Origin: Candidatus Hydrogenedentota bacterium
GTDB taxonomy: Bacteria; Hydrogenedentota; Hydrogenedentia; Hydrogenedentales; SLHB01
Direction of reading: 5' to 3'
Assembly (NCBI GenBank): GCA_029974275.1
Contig: JARKSN010000125.1
Span: forward strand, 1-36,386
Length of the DNA stretch: 36,386 nt
The translations under genes were made by a program, and so were the position numbers. Shown here piece by piece: positions 1-9,270 of the stretch. How positions within the stretch are numbered: position 1 is the first letter of the stretch; every line of letters starts with the position of its first letter. The notes beneath the pieces were generated by a model that saw nothing but the letters and a program-made list of their open reading frames with translations, did no database searches and was not told the origin of the DNA.

Positions 1-211
1 TGCGACGAATCCACGCCATCCCGGATCCGTGCGGCCAGAATGCTTCATCCCCAGCATCAACATTGATCATTGCAAGCAGACCCGCCCGGCACAGAGACCG
101 GGCGCTACAAAGACATCAACGATGCCTATTCCCATGCACAATTTCCCTCGGCCTTTTAATGCAATTGCCCTGGTGGCCGAGGCAGGGCAGGCGATCTGGG
201 CGCGCGTGTTG

Positions 212-220
212 TGTTAGCAT
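212..220 (+). promoter_or_regulatory. Putative extended -10 promoter (TGtTAGCAT), 6 nt upstream of ATG 227
   Basis: TGn+TAGCAT at 212-220. No Shine-Dalgarno before ATG 227, which fits a leaderless transcript. Confidence 0.35.
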
Positions 221-226
221 CGTGCC

Positions 227-574
227 ATGCCGAAGCGATCATCGAAAAATCCCGCTGGGCCGCGGCGGACCCTGTTGGAGCCCGATGCCGACGCGCTGGC
301 AATGTTGGCGGCGGCCATCACGGCGGCGGCGGTCATGATCCTGCATTTTCTCCGCGGAGGCGGCCTCGGCTTTGATACGGGAGTGCGCATCGCGTTAACA
401 TTTGTCGTTACGTACGTCGCGGTGTTTTTCTTGTCGCGTTTTGTCATGGACATGTTGCAACGCGAGCTCGGCGATTGGCGGGAAAAACAGCGCGCATCGG
501 AAAGCCAGGAAGAAGAGACCGTCGTCGAGGGCCTGGAAACCGAGGACGCGGAAGACCCGGGAGAACGCATATGA
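227..574 (+). CDS. Small membrane protein (2 TM helices, acidic C-terminal tail)
   Basis: 115 aa with two hydrophobic stretches (ALAMLAAAITAAAVMILHFL; IALTFVVTYVAVFFL). Stop overlaps the next ATG (ATGA, 571-574). Confidence 0.7.
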   Translation: MPKRSSKNPAGPRRTLLEPDADALAMLAAAITAAAVMILHFLRGGGLGFDTGVRIALTFVVTYVAVFFLSRFVMDMLQRELGDWREKQRASESQEEETVVEGLETEDAEDPGERI

Positions 575-1758
575 AGTTTGTTGGAATAGGGCTGGGAGTG
601 GCGCTGCTTGTGTTCGCATTCGTTGCGGCGGCGCAGGCTCCGGATTTGGCCAGCATGGATATTGTCATGAAGTCGGTTCCGGACGGTCCCGTCGCGCGCG
701 TGAACGGCGTCTCGATCGACGCCCGGGAGTTCCGCGGGCTTTATCGCAGCGAGATCGAGCGATGGGCCCAGATGAACCAGCAGAAGGCGGTCCCGGACAA
801 CGTGCGAATAGGGATGGCCATCGCCGCGCTTCGTTCGCTCATCATGCAGGAAATCCTCCGCCAGGAGGCCGCCAAGCGCAAGGTCAGCGTGAGCGAGGAG
901 GACCTTCAAAAGGCGTATGCGGCGGAAATGGACAGCATGAAGAAGGCCTTGGGCCAAGACGGAAAACCCTTGACGGAGGCGGAAGTGCTGCAACAGGCGG
1001 GCACGACGAAAGAGGAAGCCTTGGCGGACCTTCGAAAAGGGCTCATGATTCATAAAGTTCGCGAAGCCTTGGTGAAGGAAGCCAACGTTACGGTTTCGGA
1101 CAAGGACATCGCCGGTTTTTTCGAGGCGAACAAGGATAAGTTTCCGCAGGGCGGCGGGGTTCACCTCAAACAGATATTCATCAAAACGGTTCCGGCCCGT
1201 GGCGATGCCGGCGTCGCGAACCGCAACCAGGCGCGCGACAAAGCCAATACGGCGGCGCAGCGCATCCGGGCGGGCCAGAGTTTCGAGTCCGTCGCCAAAG
1301 ACGTTTCCGAGGGACAGGGCAAGGAGAGCGGCGGCGATATCGGGACCATACCCCTTCGCGAGCTTCCCCCGTTTCTCGGCGAGGCCGCGGCGAAGCTGCA
1401 GCCGGGCCAGATGAGCGATGTCATCGAGAGCGACTATGGATTTCATCTCATCAAGCTGGTGGAGAGTTTCCCGGGCGAAGCTCCCACGCTTGAAAAAATG
1501 GGGCCGGCCATCAAGCGCGAGTTGCTGGAGGAGAAAAGCGAAGAGGTCGTGCAGCGGTTTTGCGCGCCGATCATCGAGAACGAGGGAGCCGTCCAGGAAT
1601 TTCTGATTCCCCAGTTGACCCGGCAGATGAATGCCCGTCCCGATCTTCTCCGGCAGCTTGAAAAAAGCGCGCAGGGCGGCGTGGGGCGCCCGGACGGATC
1701 GGCCTCGGGCGCGCCTAAAACCGCTCCGTCTTCCGCCGGGGAAACGCGAACGAAATGA
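571..1758 (+). CDS. SurA/PrsA-like parvulin (PpiC-type) peptidyl-prolyl isomerase / periplasmic chaperone
   Basis: Signal peptide MKFVGIGLGVALLVFAFVAAAQA; SurA-N-like VARVNGVSI; rotamase motifs HLKQIFI, FESVAKDVSEG, GGDIG, SDVIESDYGFHLIKL. ATGA overlaps at both ends. Confidence 0.9.
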   Translation: MKFVGIGLGVALLVFAFVAAAQAPDLASMDIVMKSVPDGPVARVNGVSIDAREFRGLYRSEIERWAQMNQQKAVPDNVRIGMAIAALRSLIMQEILRQEAAKRKVSVSEEDLQKAYAAEMDSMKKALGQDGKPLTEAEVLQQAGTTKEEALADLRKGLMIHKVREALVKEANVTVSDKDIAGFFEANKDKFPQGGGVHLKQIFIKTVPARGDAGVANRNQARDKANTAAQRIRAGQSFESVAKDVSEGQGKESGGDIGTIPLRELPPFLGEAAAKLQPGQMSDVIESDYGFHLIKLVESFPGEAPTLEKMGPAIKRELLEEKSEEVVQRFCAPIIENEGAVQEFLIPQLTRQMNARPDLLRQLEKSAQGGVGRPDGSASGAPKTAPSSAGETRTK

Positions 1759-3779
1759 TCGTTTGGGCCCTTGTCTGGGCGGCGGCGGCGACACAGGCGC
1801 CGGACTATCGCTGGCCGCTGGACTTGCCTCCGATCGTCACGTCCAGCTTTGGCGAACAGCGTTCCGGGCGTCTTCACACCGGGATCGATTTGCGCGCAAG
1901 GGACATCGGCGCGCCGATCAAGGCGCCGGGGGACGGGTATGTGGCGCGCGTCCGGTGTTCGCCGTATGGGTATGGCAAGGCCGTCTACCTCCAACTCGAC
2001 GACGGCTTCATGGCGGTCTTCGGGCACCTCAGCGACTTCATGCCGGACTTGGGCGCGTATGTCCGTGCGGAGCAACACAGGCGCGGACAATACACCGTTG
2101 ACGTGAATCCGCCGCCCGATCGGTTTCGTGTGCGACGAGGCGACATTGTCGCCTACAGCGGCGACACGGGCGCAGGTCCGGCCCATCTGCACTATGAACT
2201 CCGCGACAAGAGCGAGTGCGCGCTCAACCCACGGACGTTTGGCATCGAATGGCCCGACGCGACCCCTCCGGTCATCCGCCGCATCGCCGTCTATCCCGCG
2301 ACGCCGGAATCGCGCGTCGAGAACGGCTGCCTGCCGGTTGTGCGCGAGGCGAAACGATCGGAAGACGGCGTTTACGTGTGCGACGCCGTGCAGGTTTTCG
2401 GACAAGTCATGTTCGGGGTGGACGTCATCGATCCCGCGAACAACGGCGAAAACGTGTTGGGCGTGCATACGGCCGTATTGCGCGCCGACGGCCGGGACGT
2501 GTTCACGGTCCGCAACGATCGCATCAGCTATGCCCGTCTCGATCACGGAGCCGCGTGCTACGATCGCCGTCTGAACCCAACGGCCCCCTTCCTGCTGTTA
2601 TGGCGCTGGCCCAACAATCGCAGCGAAACGATCGCCGCCAATTCCGGCGACGGACGGATCGAGGCTCCGCGCGAAATGAGCGAGGTCCGCATTGTCGCGG
2701 AGGATTTTTTCGGCCATCGCGCCGAGGCGATCGTTCCCTTGACGCCGGAGACGGCGGACGCATCGGGTCCGGAGGGTGAAGCGTGGAAGGAGTCCGCCGC
2801 TTTGAAAACGCAAACACCGCGATTGTTTTCGAGCGAGGAATGGAATCGCCGAGAAGACGCCGATCCGATCGTATTGGAGCGCCGGGCCATGCCGGGCTGG
2901 ATCGCGCTCGGCATGCGCCATGCCAGCCTTCCGGACGCCGCCCCTCCCCTCTTGCTGTCGATTTCATCGGGCGGCGCCTCCATGCGCGCCCAGGCATTCC
3001 GTTGCGTTTCACCCGGCGTACAGCAGGCCGCCTACGCATTGCCCAGGGAGACGACGTCGGTCACGTTGCGCATCGTCTGGCCCCGTCGCGCGGAGGCAAT
3101 AGAGGATCGCTACGCCGTCTTCACGCGCGGCGCCGCTGCGCGGACGGAATCGTGGGGCGACGTTCGGTTAGAGGTTCCGTCCAATGGCCCATTCGATACG
3201 CTGTGTGTCGTCCATTCGGCGCCAGCCGGAACGCCCGCCCCCCCTGCACGCATGCTGGGGGATCCCTTCCGCCTGGATGCGGGAGATGCCCCGATCGATG
3301 CCCCGCTGACCGTATCGACGACCATTCCGCCCCATGCGGAAAAGCCCGCCCGCGTGCATCTGTATCGCGCATCGGAAAAGGGCTGGTCGCGTCTCGACAC
3401 AGAGCAGCAGGGCGGGCGGCTTGTCTGCAAGGTGCGCGAGCTTGGCGTGTTCGCCGCGATGGAGGACATCGAACCGCCGGTTATCGAATGGATCGAGCCA
3501 ACGCCCGGCGGCGCCGAGACATGGCCTCGTCCCGCGATGCGCCTGCGCGTGGCCGACGCCGCCAGCGGCATTGCGGACATCCGCGCGACCTGCCGCGGAC
3601 GATGGTTGCTGATGGATTATGATCCCGAGAAAAACTTGCTTGTTTGGGCGCGCGACGAAGACCTGACAGGACCGTCTGCGCACATCGAGGTTGTCATAGC
3701 GGACCACGCAGGAAACACGGCTTTCCTGCATCAGGAAATCTGCGAGGCAGCTCCGTCCTGCCCTTCCCAGTCGCAATAG
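1755..3779 (+). CDS. M23 family metallopeptidase with long C-terminal region
   Basis: Zn-binding motifs HTGIDL (HxxxD) and HLHYE (HxH); YGYGKAVYL...FGHLS; N-terminal signal sequence. Confidence 0.85.
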   Translation: MIVWALVWAAAATQAPDYRWPLDLPPIVTSSFGEQRSGRLHTGIDLRARDIGAPIKAPGDGYVARVRCSPYGYGKAVYLQLDDGFMAVFGHLSDFMPDLGAYVRAEQHRRGQYTVDVNPPPDRFRVRRGDIVAYSGDTGAGPAHLHYELRDKSECALNPRTFGIEWPDATPPVIRRIAVYPATPESRVENGCLPVVREAKRSEDGVYVCDAVQVFGQVMFGVDVIDPANNGENVLGVHTAVLRADGRDVFTVRNDRISYARLDHGAACYDRRLNPTAPFLLLWRWPNNRSETIAANSGDGRIEAPREMSEVRIVAEDFFGHRAEAIVPLTPETADASGPEGEAWKESAALKTQTPRLFSSEEWNRREDADPIVLERRAMPGWIALGMRHASLPDAAPPLLLSISSGGASMRAQAFRCVSPGVQQAAYALPRETTSVTLRIVWPRRAEAIEDRYAVFTRGAAARTESWGDVRLEVPSNGPFDTLCVVHSAPAGTPAPPARMLGDPFRLDAGDAPIDAPLTVSTTIPPHAEKPARVHLYRASEKGWSRLDTEQQGGRLVCKVRELGVFAAMEDIEPPVIEWIEPTPGGAETWPRPAMRLRVADAASGIADIRATCRGRWLLMDYDPEKNLLVWARDEDLTGPSAHIEVVIADHAGNTAFLHQEICEAAPSCPSQSQ

Positions 3780-5182
3780 CGCACCATCGCCTCCAAACAG
3801 GGAAGGCCGTCGTGATGCCACATCATGGAGGGACAGGCCATGCGGCCCGGACGGCATACCCGGGTTGCGCCCAGCCATGCAAGACGCTCGGCGATGTCCA
3901 TGCTTTCCGGGGGAGCGGCCTCGATCGCAACGTTCTGGAAGTAACCCAGGAACGGACGCAGAAGCGTTTCGATCTCTTCGATCCCGCTGACGGGAACTAT
4001 CGTGATTGCGCGCCCGAGACAGCTCGGCCGCAACGGACGCCGCCGATCGAGGAGAACCAGAAAACGGTCGCCGTCCCTGCTGGAGAAGAGACGCGTCGGC
4101 TCCCCCATCGCGGCAGCGAGTTCGGCGTCGTCCGCCGCTTGGCAATAGCGCACCGATTCGGCGATCGTGGCCGCGCCGCGCGGCAGGACCGTTTCGATGG
4201 CGCGCAAGGCCGTGGTCAGCGCCGCAGCGAGTTGCGCGGCTTCTTCGCCGTCTTTCTCGATCACGAATATCCAATGCGGCGACAGGCACGCCTGCTGATC
4301 GAACATGGCGGCGTCGTAGGCGAGGCGGGCGGCCAGATCGTCCCGGTTCGCGGCATGGACCGCTGCTGCATCGACGACGACGAATCCAAGCTTGTGGCCG
4401 TGCAAGATCAGCCTTGCGCCAGGAGGCACGCGCGAGGAGATGGAAGCGCAGGTTTCCGCGGAACCGAAGGCGATCACGGCGCCGGCTTCTTGAAACGCGG
4501 CGTTTTCGAGGGATTCGTCGCCGCCATGCCAATAGATCACCGCCATGCAGCGGGCCAGCTCGGGAAGACAACGCGCCAGGGATCGTGCATACGCGGCGGC
4601 ATACACGGGCTCGCTGGCCGAGGGCTTGCACAGGATCGGCGATTTCACCAGCAGGGCGCGCATGAACGGCAGATGACTCAACGCAGGGATGTTGCCCGGC
4701 GATAACGCCAGCGTCAGGTCGGGACCGCAAGCCCGCACATAACCCTTCGCTTCGGGCCGCCAGACGAATTTGTCCAACACGGACGGATCGCCGAATTCGT
4801 TCGCGAGCGCTCGCCACATGTCATCCGCCCGCGAAGAATGCTGTTCGATGCGGACGGATTCGCAGACCATTTCACGCGAAAATCCGGTGACCGCGGCCAT
4901 CGCGTCGATGACGGCGTCATAATCGGGAGCCCGGCGCTCCAGCCACTCCTCGGCGGCCATGTCGAGCGCGTGCACGATTTTTTGGATCGGCATGGCGCGC
5001 AGAACCTCGCGCCCCGCTTGCTTTACGTGCCGCGCCAACGCCGCGACGAGTTCCGGTGTCGCGTGCAGTTGCTGCAGCGCGAGAGAGCCGGAGAGCGACG
5101 TCTCGTGTCGTTCAAGTGGATGCGGCGGCGCAAAATCCTCGGGCAGATAAAAGGCGTCGAGCTGGACAGCGGATTTCGGCAC
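3731..5182 (-). CDS. LuxC-family acyl-CoA/acyl-protein reductase (aldehyde-forming)
   Basis: ALDH-like fold motifs SPGNIP, LLVKSPILCKPS, AFGSAET, HGHKLGF; catalytic Cys in FDQQACLSP; C-terminal GATRVCRPGRM...WHHDG. GTG start 3 nt after the luxE-like stop. Confidence 0.88.
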   Translation of the reverse strand: MPKSAVQLDAFYLPEDFAPPHPLERHETSLSGSLALQQLHATPELVAALARHVKQAGREVLRAMPIQKIVHALDMAAEEWLERRAPDYDAVIDAMAAVTGFSREMVCESVRIEQHSSRADDMWRALANEFGDPSVLDKFVWRPEAKGYVRACGPDLTLALSPGNIPALSHLPFMRALLVKSPILCKPSASEPVYAAAYARSLARCLPELARCMAVIYWHGGDESLENAAFQEAGAVIAFGSAETCASISSRVPPGARLILHGHKLGFVVVDAAAVHAANRDDLAARLAYDAAMFDQQACLSPHWIFVIEKDGEEAAQLAAALTTALRAIETVLPRGAATIAESVRYCQAADDAELAAAMGEPTRLFSSRDGDRFLVLLDRRRPLRPSCLGRAITIVPVSGIEEIETLLRPFLGYFQNVAIEAAPPESMDIAERLAWLGATRVCRPGRMACPSMMWHHDGLPCLEAMVRYCDWEGQDGAASQIS

Positions 5183-5185
5183 GGT

Positions 5186-6301
5186 TCATCTCCGTTGTTG
5201 GGCGAGTTCGTCCACGGTCACGCTGCATCCGCGCGCTTCAACGGCGTCGGGGCGTCCGAGTGCGTGAAACCCTTCCGGGGTCGTGAAGCCGATATCGTCG
5301 GTCTGCACAGCGAAGGGGTGTCCTCCATTGGCCAGATCGAGATGGCGCAGGATGCCGATGCTTCCGTGGGGCAAAACGCGCAGCGTTTGCGGATCGACCG
5401 CGCGCGTTCGCGTCCACGGCGCGTTTTGCTTTCCTTCGCGGCAAGGGCGGGATTCCGCGTGCGCCGCCACATTGTCGTCGTAGAATTGGCTTGCGAGTTC
5501 GGTCATTCCCAGCAAATTCACGCATCGTTCGGGCGGCGCGTCCAAAAAATGACGGAAGGAATCCAGCATGGCTTCCCGGCGCGTTTCCTCACGCTTTCCC
5601 TTGAATCCTCCAGCGTCCATGACGCGGCTCGCCGGCGGCAGCGGAAACCGTTTACCGCGCGCATGAAAGTCGTCGAACAGACGGACAAAACCCAAGGTCG
5701 CGCCGATCAGCGTCACCGGCGTCCCGGCGACGCATGCCGCATCAAGAGCGCGTTCGAGGCGGTCCGTCTCAAGCCCGGACGGGCCAAGAAAAAAATCGCT
5801 GTCCGCGATCCCGTATCGCCGAACGAGACGTTCCATGCCGTAAACCATAATCATATGCGGGGCCATGGCCGGCGCGGGGGCGAGCACAAAAATCGCGGTC
5901 CGGCGCTGTGCGTGATCGGGGAAAAGATAACGCGTCGCGTTGACGTCGATCGCCGCGTCCATCAGGGCAAGATCGGCGCGGCTGAAACACGAAACGCCTT
6001 TGTGCCCCGCGCCGCCGGTCGTGCCGGAGGTGTGGAACCGCCGCACGATGGCGTCCGGCGCGATGTGCAGCTCGGTTCGCTTGAACGCCTCGGTCGGCAG
6101 CGCGGGAATCTCGTCCACGGCATTCAGCCGGTCCAGGCGCGCGCCGCGTGCATCGCACCATCCGCGGTACAGCGGGACGTGCGCGTATTGCAGCCGCGCC
6201 AACGCAAACGCGAGTTCCGTGAAGCGCTCCTCGTCGCTCCGGCCTTCGGCGAGGAACGCGGCAATCTCCGCGAAAAGCGCTTCGCCCCAATCATGCGTCA
6301 C
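5186..6301 (-). CDS. LuxE-family acyl-protein synthetase
   Basis: Motifs IPALPTEAFK, FHTSGTTG, DAGGFKG, LGMTELASQFY, VQTDDIG, and C-terminal GRPDAVEARGCS (acyl-accepting Cys). GTG start at 6301 with a GGAGG SD upstream. Confidence 0.88.
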   Translation of the reverse strand: MTHDWGEALFAEIAAFLAEGRSDEERFTELAFALARLQYAHVPLYRGWCDARGARLDRLNAVDEIPALPTEAFKRTELHIAPDAIVRRFHTSGTTGGAGHKGVSCFSRADLALMDAAIDVNATRYLFPDHAQRRTAIFVLAPAPAMAPHMIMVYGMERLVRRYGIADSDFFLGPSGLETDRLERALDAACVAGTPVTLIGATLGFVRLFDDFHARGKRFPLPPASRVMDAGGFKGKREETRREAMLDSFRHFLDAPPERCVNLLGMTELASQFYDDNVAAHAESRPCREGKQNAPWTRTRAVDPQTLRVLPHGSIGILRHLDLANGGHPFAVQTDDIGFTTPEGFHALGRPDAVEARGCSVTVDELAQQRR

Positions 6302-7520
6302 CGGCGGCGTCCTCCCTCGGCTGAATCGTGCACCACTTTGCGTCCAACATCCGCCAGAGCAGGTCTCGCGCCTTTTCCTCTCCCAATGCGCGCCGCAGAG
6401 CTCCATACGTCGTCGCAGGGCCGTTTTTGAAAAACGGCTCCGCGTCGCGGGCAAGCGCTTCCGGGGCGAAATCCATCGGGGCCAACGGCTCAATCAGATC
6501 GGAGTCGTTCACGTCGGGGTAATCGCTCGCCTCGGGCACAAGGGGAGCGTCAACGGCGGCATAGGCAAAGAGCGGCGCGGCGCATCCGAATTTTTGGCTG
6601 AATACATGCCGATAGGCGGCGAATCCGGCGATGGACCCCTCCGCGATCGCCTTGAGCGCCATTGCCAGCATGCCGGTCGCGTCGCCTGCCGCGAAAACGC
6701 CCGGAAGATTCGTCGCGCCGTCGCGTTGAATAACGACGAAGCCATGCGCGTCGCGTGCGAGACCTTCCGCCGCAACGGTCCGCTCCGGCTTGATCTCAAA
6801 AGCCACGTAGTCCACGAACGCCAATTGACATGGAAAAGCGATCCGCTCCGCGCCACACTCGCATATCGCCTCTTCCAGATCGGACGCGCCGGAAAAACGC
6901 GCGGCGCGGCCGAAAAGGACGTTCTCGTTTTGGAATCGGCGGCGCAGGGCGTCCGAAGGCGATTCGTTCAAGAGAAAGGTGAAACGCGTTTCGGGCCGGC
7001 GCCGGCGAACGGCGTTTACGACGGGCAGCAGATTTTCCGTTTTTGCGTTGCCGATGATCAACACATCCCGCACGTTGCGGCCCGCGCACAATGCTTCCAG
7101 ATGCCGCGGAATGTCGTCGTAGCCGTTGTGGGTCAACGACAGGCCCTTGCGAAAATAATCGGCTTCGTTGGCAAGCCGGCGCAATCCCGTGGCCAGCACG
7201 ACGGCGCGCGCGCGACAGCATTCGCGCCCCTCGCTTTCGAGCGCCCATCGAAAGCCCGCGCGGCGGATCGCGTCGACGGGCGCGGGCGTAATAGACAGCG
7301 AGAGCGTGCGCATCTCGTTCAGGAGATTTTGGATGAGCGGAAGGGGCGTCGGGCCTGTCAATCGCGGTGCGCCCAGCGCGGCCAATCCGCCCGCCGGCGC
7401 GGGATCGAACACGGCAACCGAACAGGGCACGCCGCGATAGGCTTTTACCCATCGTGCGCGAACGGCGGCGGCGAGCCCGGCGGGGCCCGCTCCGATCACG
7501 GCGACGTCGATGTGTCGCAT
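6291..7520 (-). CDS. FAD-dependent pyridine nucleotide oxidoreductase, thioredoxin-reductase fold, lacking CxxC
   Basis: DVAVIGAGPAG (FAD binding), VVLATG, TNLPGVFAAGD. No CxxC at the TrxB position. About 80-aa C-terminal extension. ATG at 7520. Confidence 0.8.
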   Translation of the reverse strand: MRHIDVAVIGAGPAGLAAAVRARWVKAYRGVPCSVAVFDPAPAGGLAALGAPRLTGPTPLPLIQNLLNEMRTLSLSITPAPVDAIRRAGFRWALESEGRECCRARAVVLATGLRRLANEADYFRKGLSLTHNGYDDIPRHLEALCAGRNVRDVLIIGNAKTENLLPVVNAVRRRRPETRFTFLLNESPSDALRRRFQNENVLFGRAARFSGASDLEEAICECGAERIAFPCQLAFVDYVAFEIKPERTVAAEGLARDAHGFVVIQRDGATNLPGVFAAGDATGMLAMALKAIAEGSIAGFAAYRHVFSQKFGCAAPLFAYAAVDAPLVPEASDYPDVNDSDLIEPLAPMDFAPEALARDAEPFFKNGPATTYGALRRALGEEKARDLLWRMLDAKWCTIQPREDAAGDA

Positions 7521-7999
7521 ACGCTCTCCAGATACGGCAGCAGCCCGCCCGCATGAAGCACGGCGGCTAGGTACGGATCGAGCGGATCGACCGCCGCCAA
7601 AACCGAACGGCTCGTGCAGATCACCCGCTGTGCGCGCAGGTCCAGCGCGACACGATCCCCGGTCGCTATCGTGGCACACGCCGCACGATCGAGTCCTGCC
7701 GCGATGGGTAGCCCGCGATTGACGGCGTTGCGAAGAAAAATGCGAGAGACGCTCGCGGCAGCGATCGCTGCGACGCCCGCTTCAATCATGCCGCGCGCCA
7801 CGGACTCGCGACTCGATCCAACGCCGAAATTGCGGCCCGCCAAGATGACGATTCCTGCAAGCGTTCCTCTTTCGCGCTGCCCGGCAAGCACGCCGGCTAC
7901 GCGGCGCCGGGCCTCGAGCGAAAAGTAGCGCGACGGCTGCAGGATGTCCGTATTGACGTCGTCGCCCAGGACCAGCGCGGCGCCTTCGATGACTTCCAT
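7496..7999 (-). CDS. Aconitase-family dehydratase small subunit (LeuD/HacB-like)
   Basis: LGDDVNTDILQPSRY, AGRNFGVGSSRE, SRIFLRNAVNRGLP, GGLLPYL. TGATG overlap with the large subunit. Confidence 0.88.
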   Translation of the reverse strand: MEVIEGAALVLGDDVNTDILQPSRYFSLEARRRVAGVLAGQRERGTLAGIVILAGRNFGVGSSRESVARGMIEAGVAAIAAASVSRIFLRNAVNRGLPIAAGLDRAACATIATGDRVALDLRAQRVICTSRSVLAAVDPLDPYLAAVLHAGGLLPYLESVCDTSTSP

Positions 8000-9225
8000 C
8001 ACAACAATTTCCTCGGGTCCGTTAGTTTTCCCGTCGCCATGGCCGCCGCCGCCGCCGCGTTCACGAGATAGATTTCGGCGTCCGGAGCGCCCATGCGGCC
8101 CTCGTAGTTGCGATTTATGGTGGCGGCGCAACGCTCGCCAGGGGCCAGAACGCCCTTGTCGATGGCGCCACACGGACCACAGCTCGGATTGCCGATGCAC
8201 ACGCCCGCAGCGACCAGCGTTGCGATGTAGCCCGCCTCCAGCGCGGCCAGATAGACTTTCGCGCTGGCAGGGATCGCGATGGCCTTCAGGCCGGGGGCGA
8301 CACGGCGCCCATCGAGGATTGCCGCCGCGACGGCGAAATCTTCGAGCCGTCCAGCGGCGCACGAACCCAGGAAGACTTGATGCAGCGGCAGGCCTTCGTA
8401 TGCGCGCAACGCCGCCACGCGGAACGGACTGCCCGGCAGGGCCACGAGCGGTTCAAGCGCCTCCGCGTCGATGACGATTTCCTCATCGTACGACTCTTCC
8501 GCAATGCCCGGAAGAGGGGGCGCGTTTCCGTCGCGTTCCGCCAAAAACGCCTCGGTGACATCGTCGGGCAGGAACAACGCCGCCTCGGCGCCGCATTCCG
8601 CGATCAGGTTGCAGATTGCGAAGCGGTCGCTTTGGCAGATGCGCGAACGGGTTTCGTCGATGAATTCGATGCCGGCGCCATTCAGTTTTTCCGCGCCGCA
8701 CCGGCGGAAGAGTTCGAGAATGACATCCTTGCCCATGACGCCCGGCGGCAGGCTTCCGGCGATCACGATCCGAATCAGACGGGGCGCTCGCAGGGCGATT
8801 TTCCCCGTGATCAGCGCGCCGTAGACATCCGTGCTGCCGAAACCCGCCGCAAAACAGCCCAGCGCGCCCGCGGTGACGGTGTGGCTGTCGCTTCCGATGA
8901 TAAGCGTTCCGGGAAGCGTCCGCGCGTCCTCCGTCAGGAGTTGATGGCAGATGCCTTCGAAAAGGCGCGGCTCCCATCCCATTGTCGCGCAGAGGTCCTG
9001 GACCATGCGCAACATGGCGGCGCGTTCTATCGTGGCCGGAGGAGCGAAATGGTCCGCCGCGATCAACAGGCGATCCGCCGACAGGGCGATTCCGCCGCGC
9101 CGCCGGATGTCATCTTCCATCAGCGCCAGGGCATACTCCGGCAGCAGCGCCAGATCGGGCGCATACCAGCGATAGGCTCCCGCAGCGGGCCCTGCATCGT
9201 GTCGTTTCAAGATTTCAGTCAGCAC
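7999..9225 (-). CDS. Aconitase-family dehydratase large subunit (short LeuC/HacA-like, [4Fe-4S])
   Basis: ADHFAP, GICHQ, GSDSHT, FLGSC, PSCGPC (three cluster Cys), NRNYEGRMG. 408 aa. Confidence 0.9.
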   Translation of the reverse strand: MLTEILKRHDAGPAAGAYRWYAPDLALLPEYALALMEDDIRRRGGIALSADRLLIAADHFAPPATIERAAMLRMVQDLCATMGWEPRLFEGICHQLLTEDARTLPGTLIIGSDSHTVTAGALGCFAAGFGSTDVYGALITGKIALRAPRLIRIVIAGSLPPGVMGKDVILELFRRCGAEKLNGAGIEFIDETRSRICQSDRFAICNLIAECGAEAALFLPDDVTEAFLAERDGNAPPLPGIAEESYDEEIVIDAEALEPLVALPGSPFRVAALRAYEGLPLHQVFLGSCAAGRLEDFAVAAAILDGRRVAPGLKAIAIPASAKVYLAALEAGYIATLVAAGVCIGNPSCGPCGAIDKGVLAPGERCAATINRNYEGRMGAPDAEIYLVNAAAAAAMATGKLTDPRKLL

Positions 9226-9270
9226 AATGGCCTCATTGGGGCGGCGTCGCGCCTGCCGGAACAGCGCCGT

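Noticed and set aside
1..140. Possible start of a divergent minus-strand gene at the left edge
   Set aside because: Only about 20 codons are visible in competing frames, so no call can be supported.
3731..6301. Bioluminescence (lux) operon
   Set aside because: No luxA, luxB or luxD in the window; luxC/luxE homologues are widespread in non-luminous bacteria.
8040..8060. GCC trinucleotide run (also near 26167-26182)
   Set aside because: In-frame poly-Ala codons in GC-rich genes; not a phase-variable or array repeat.
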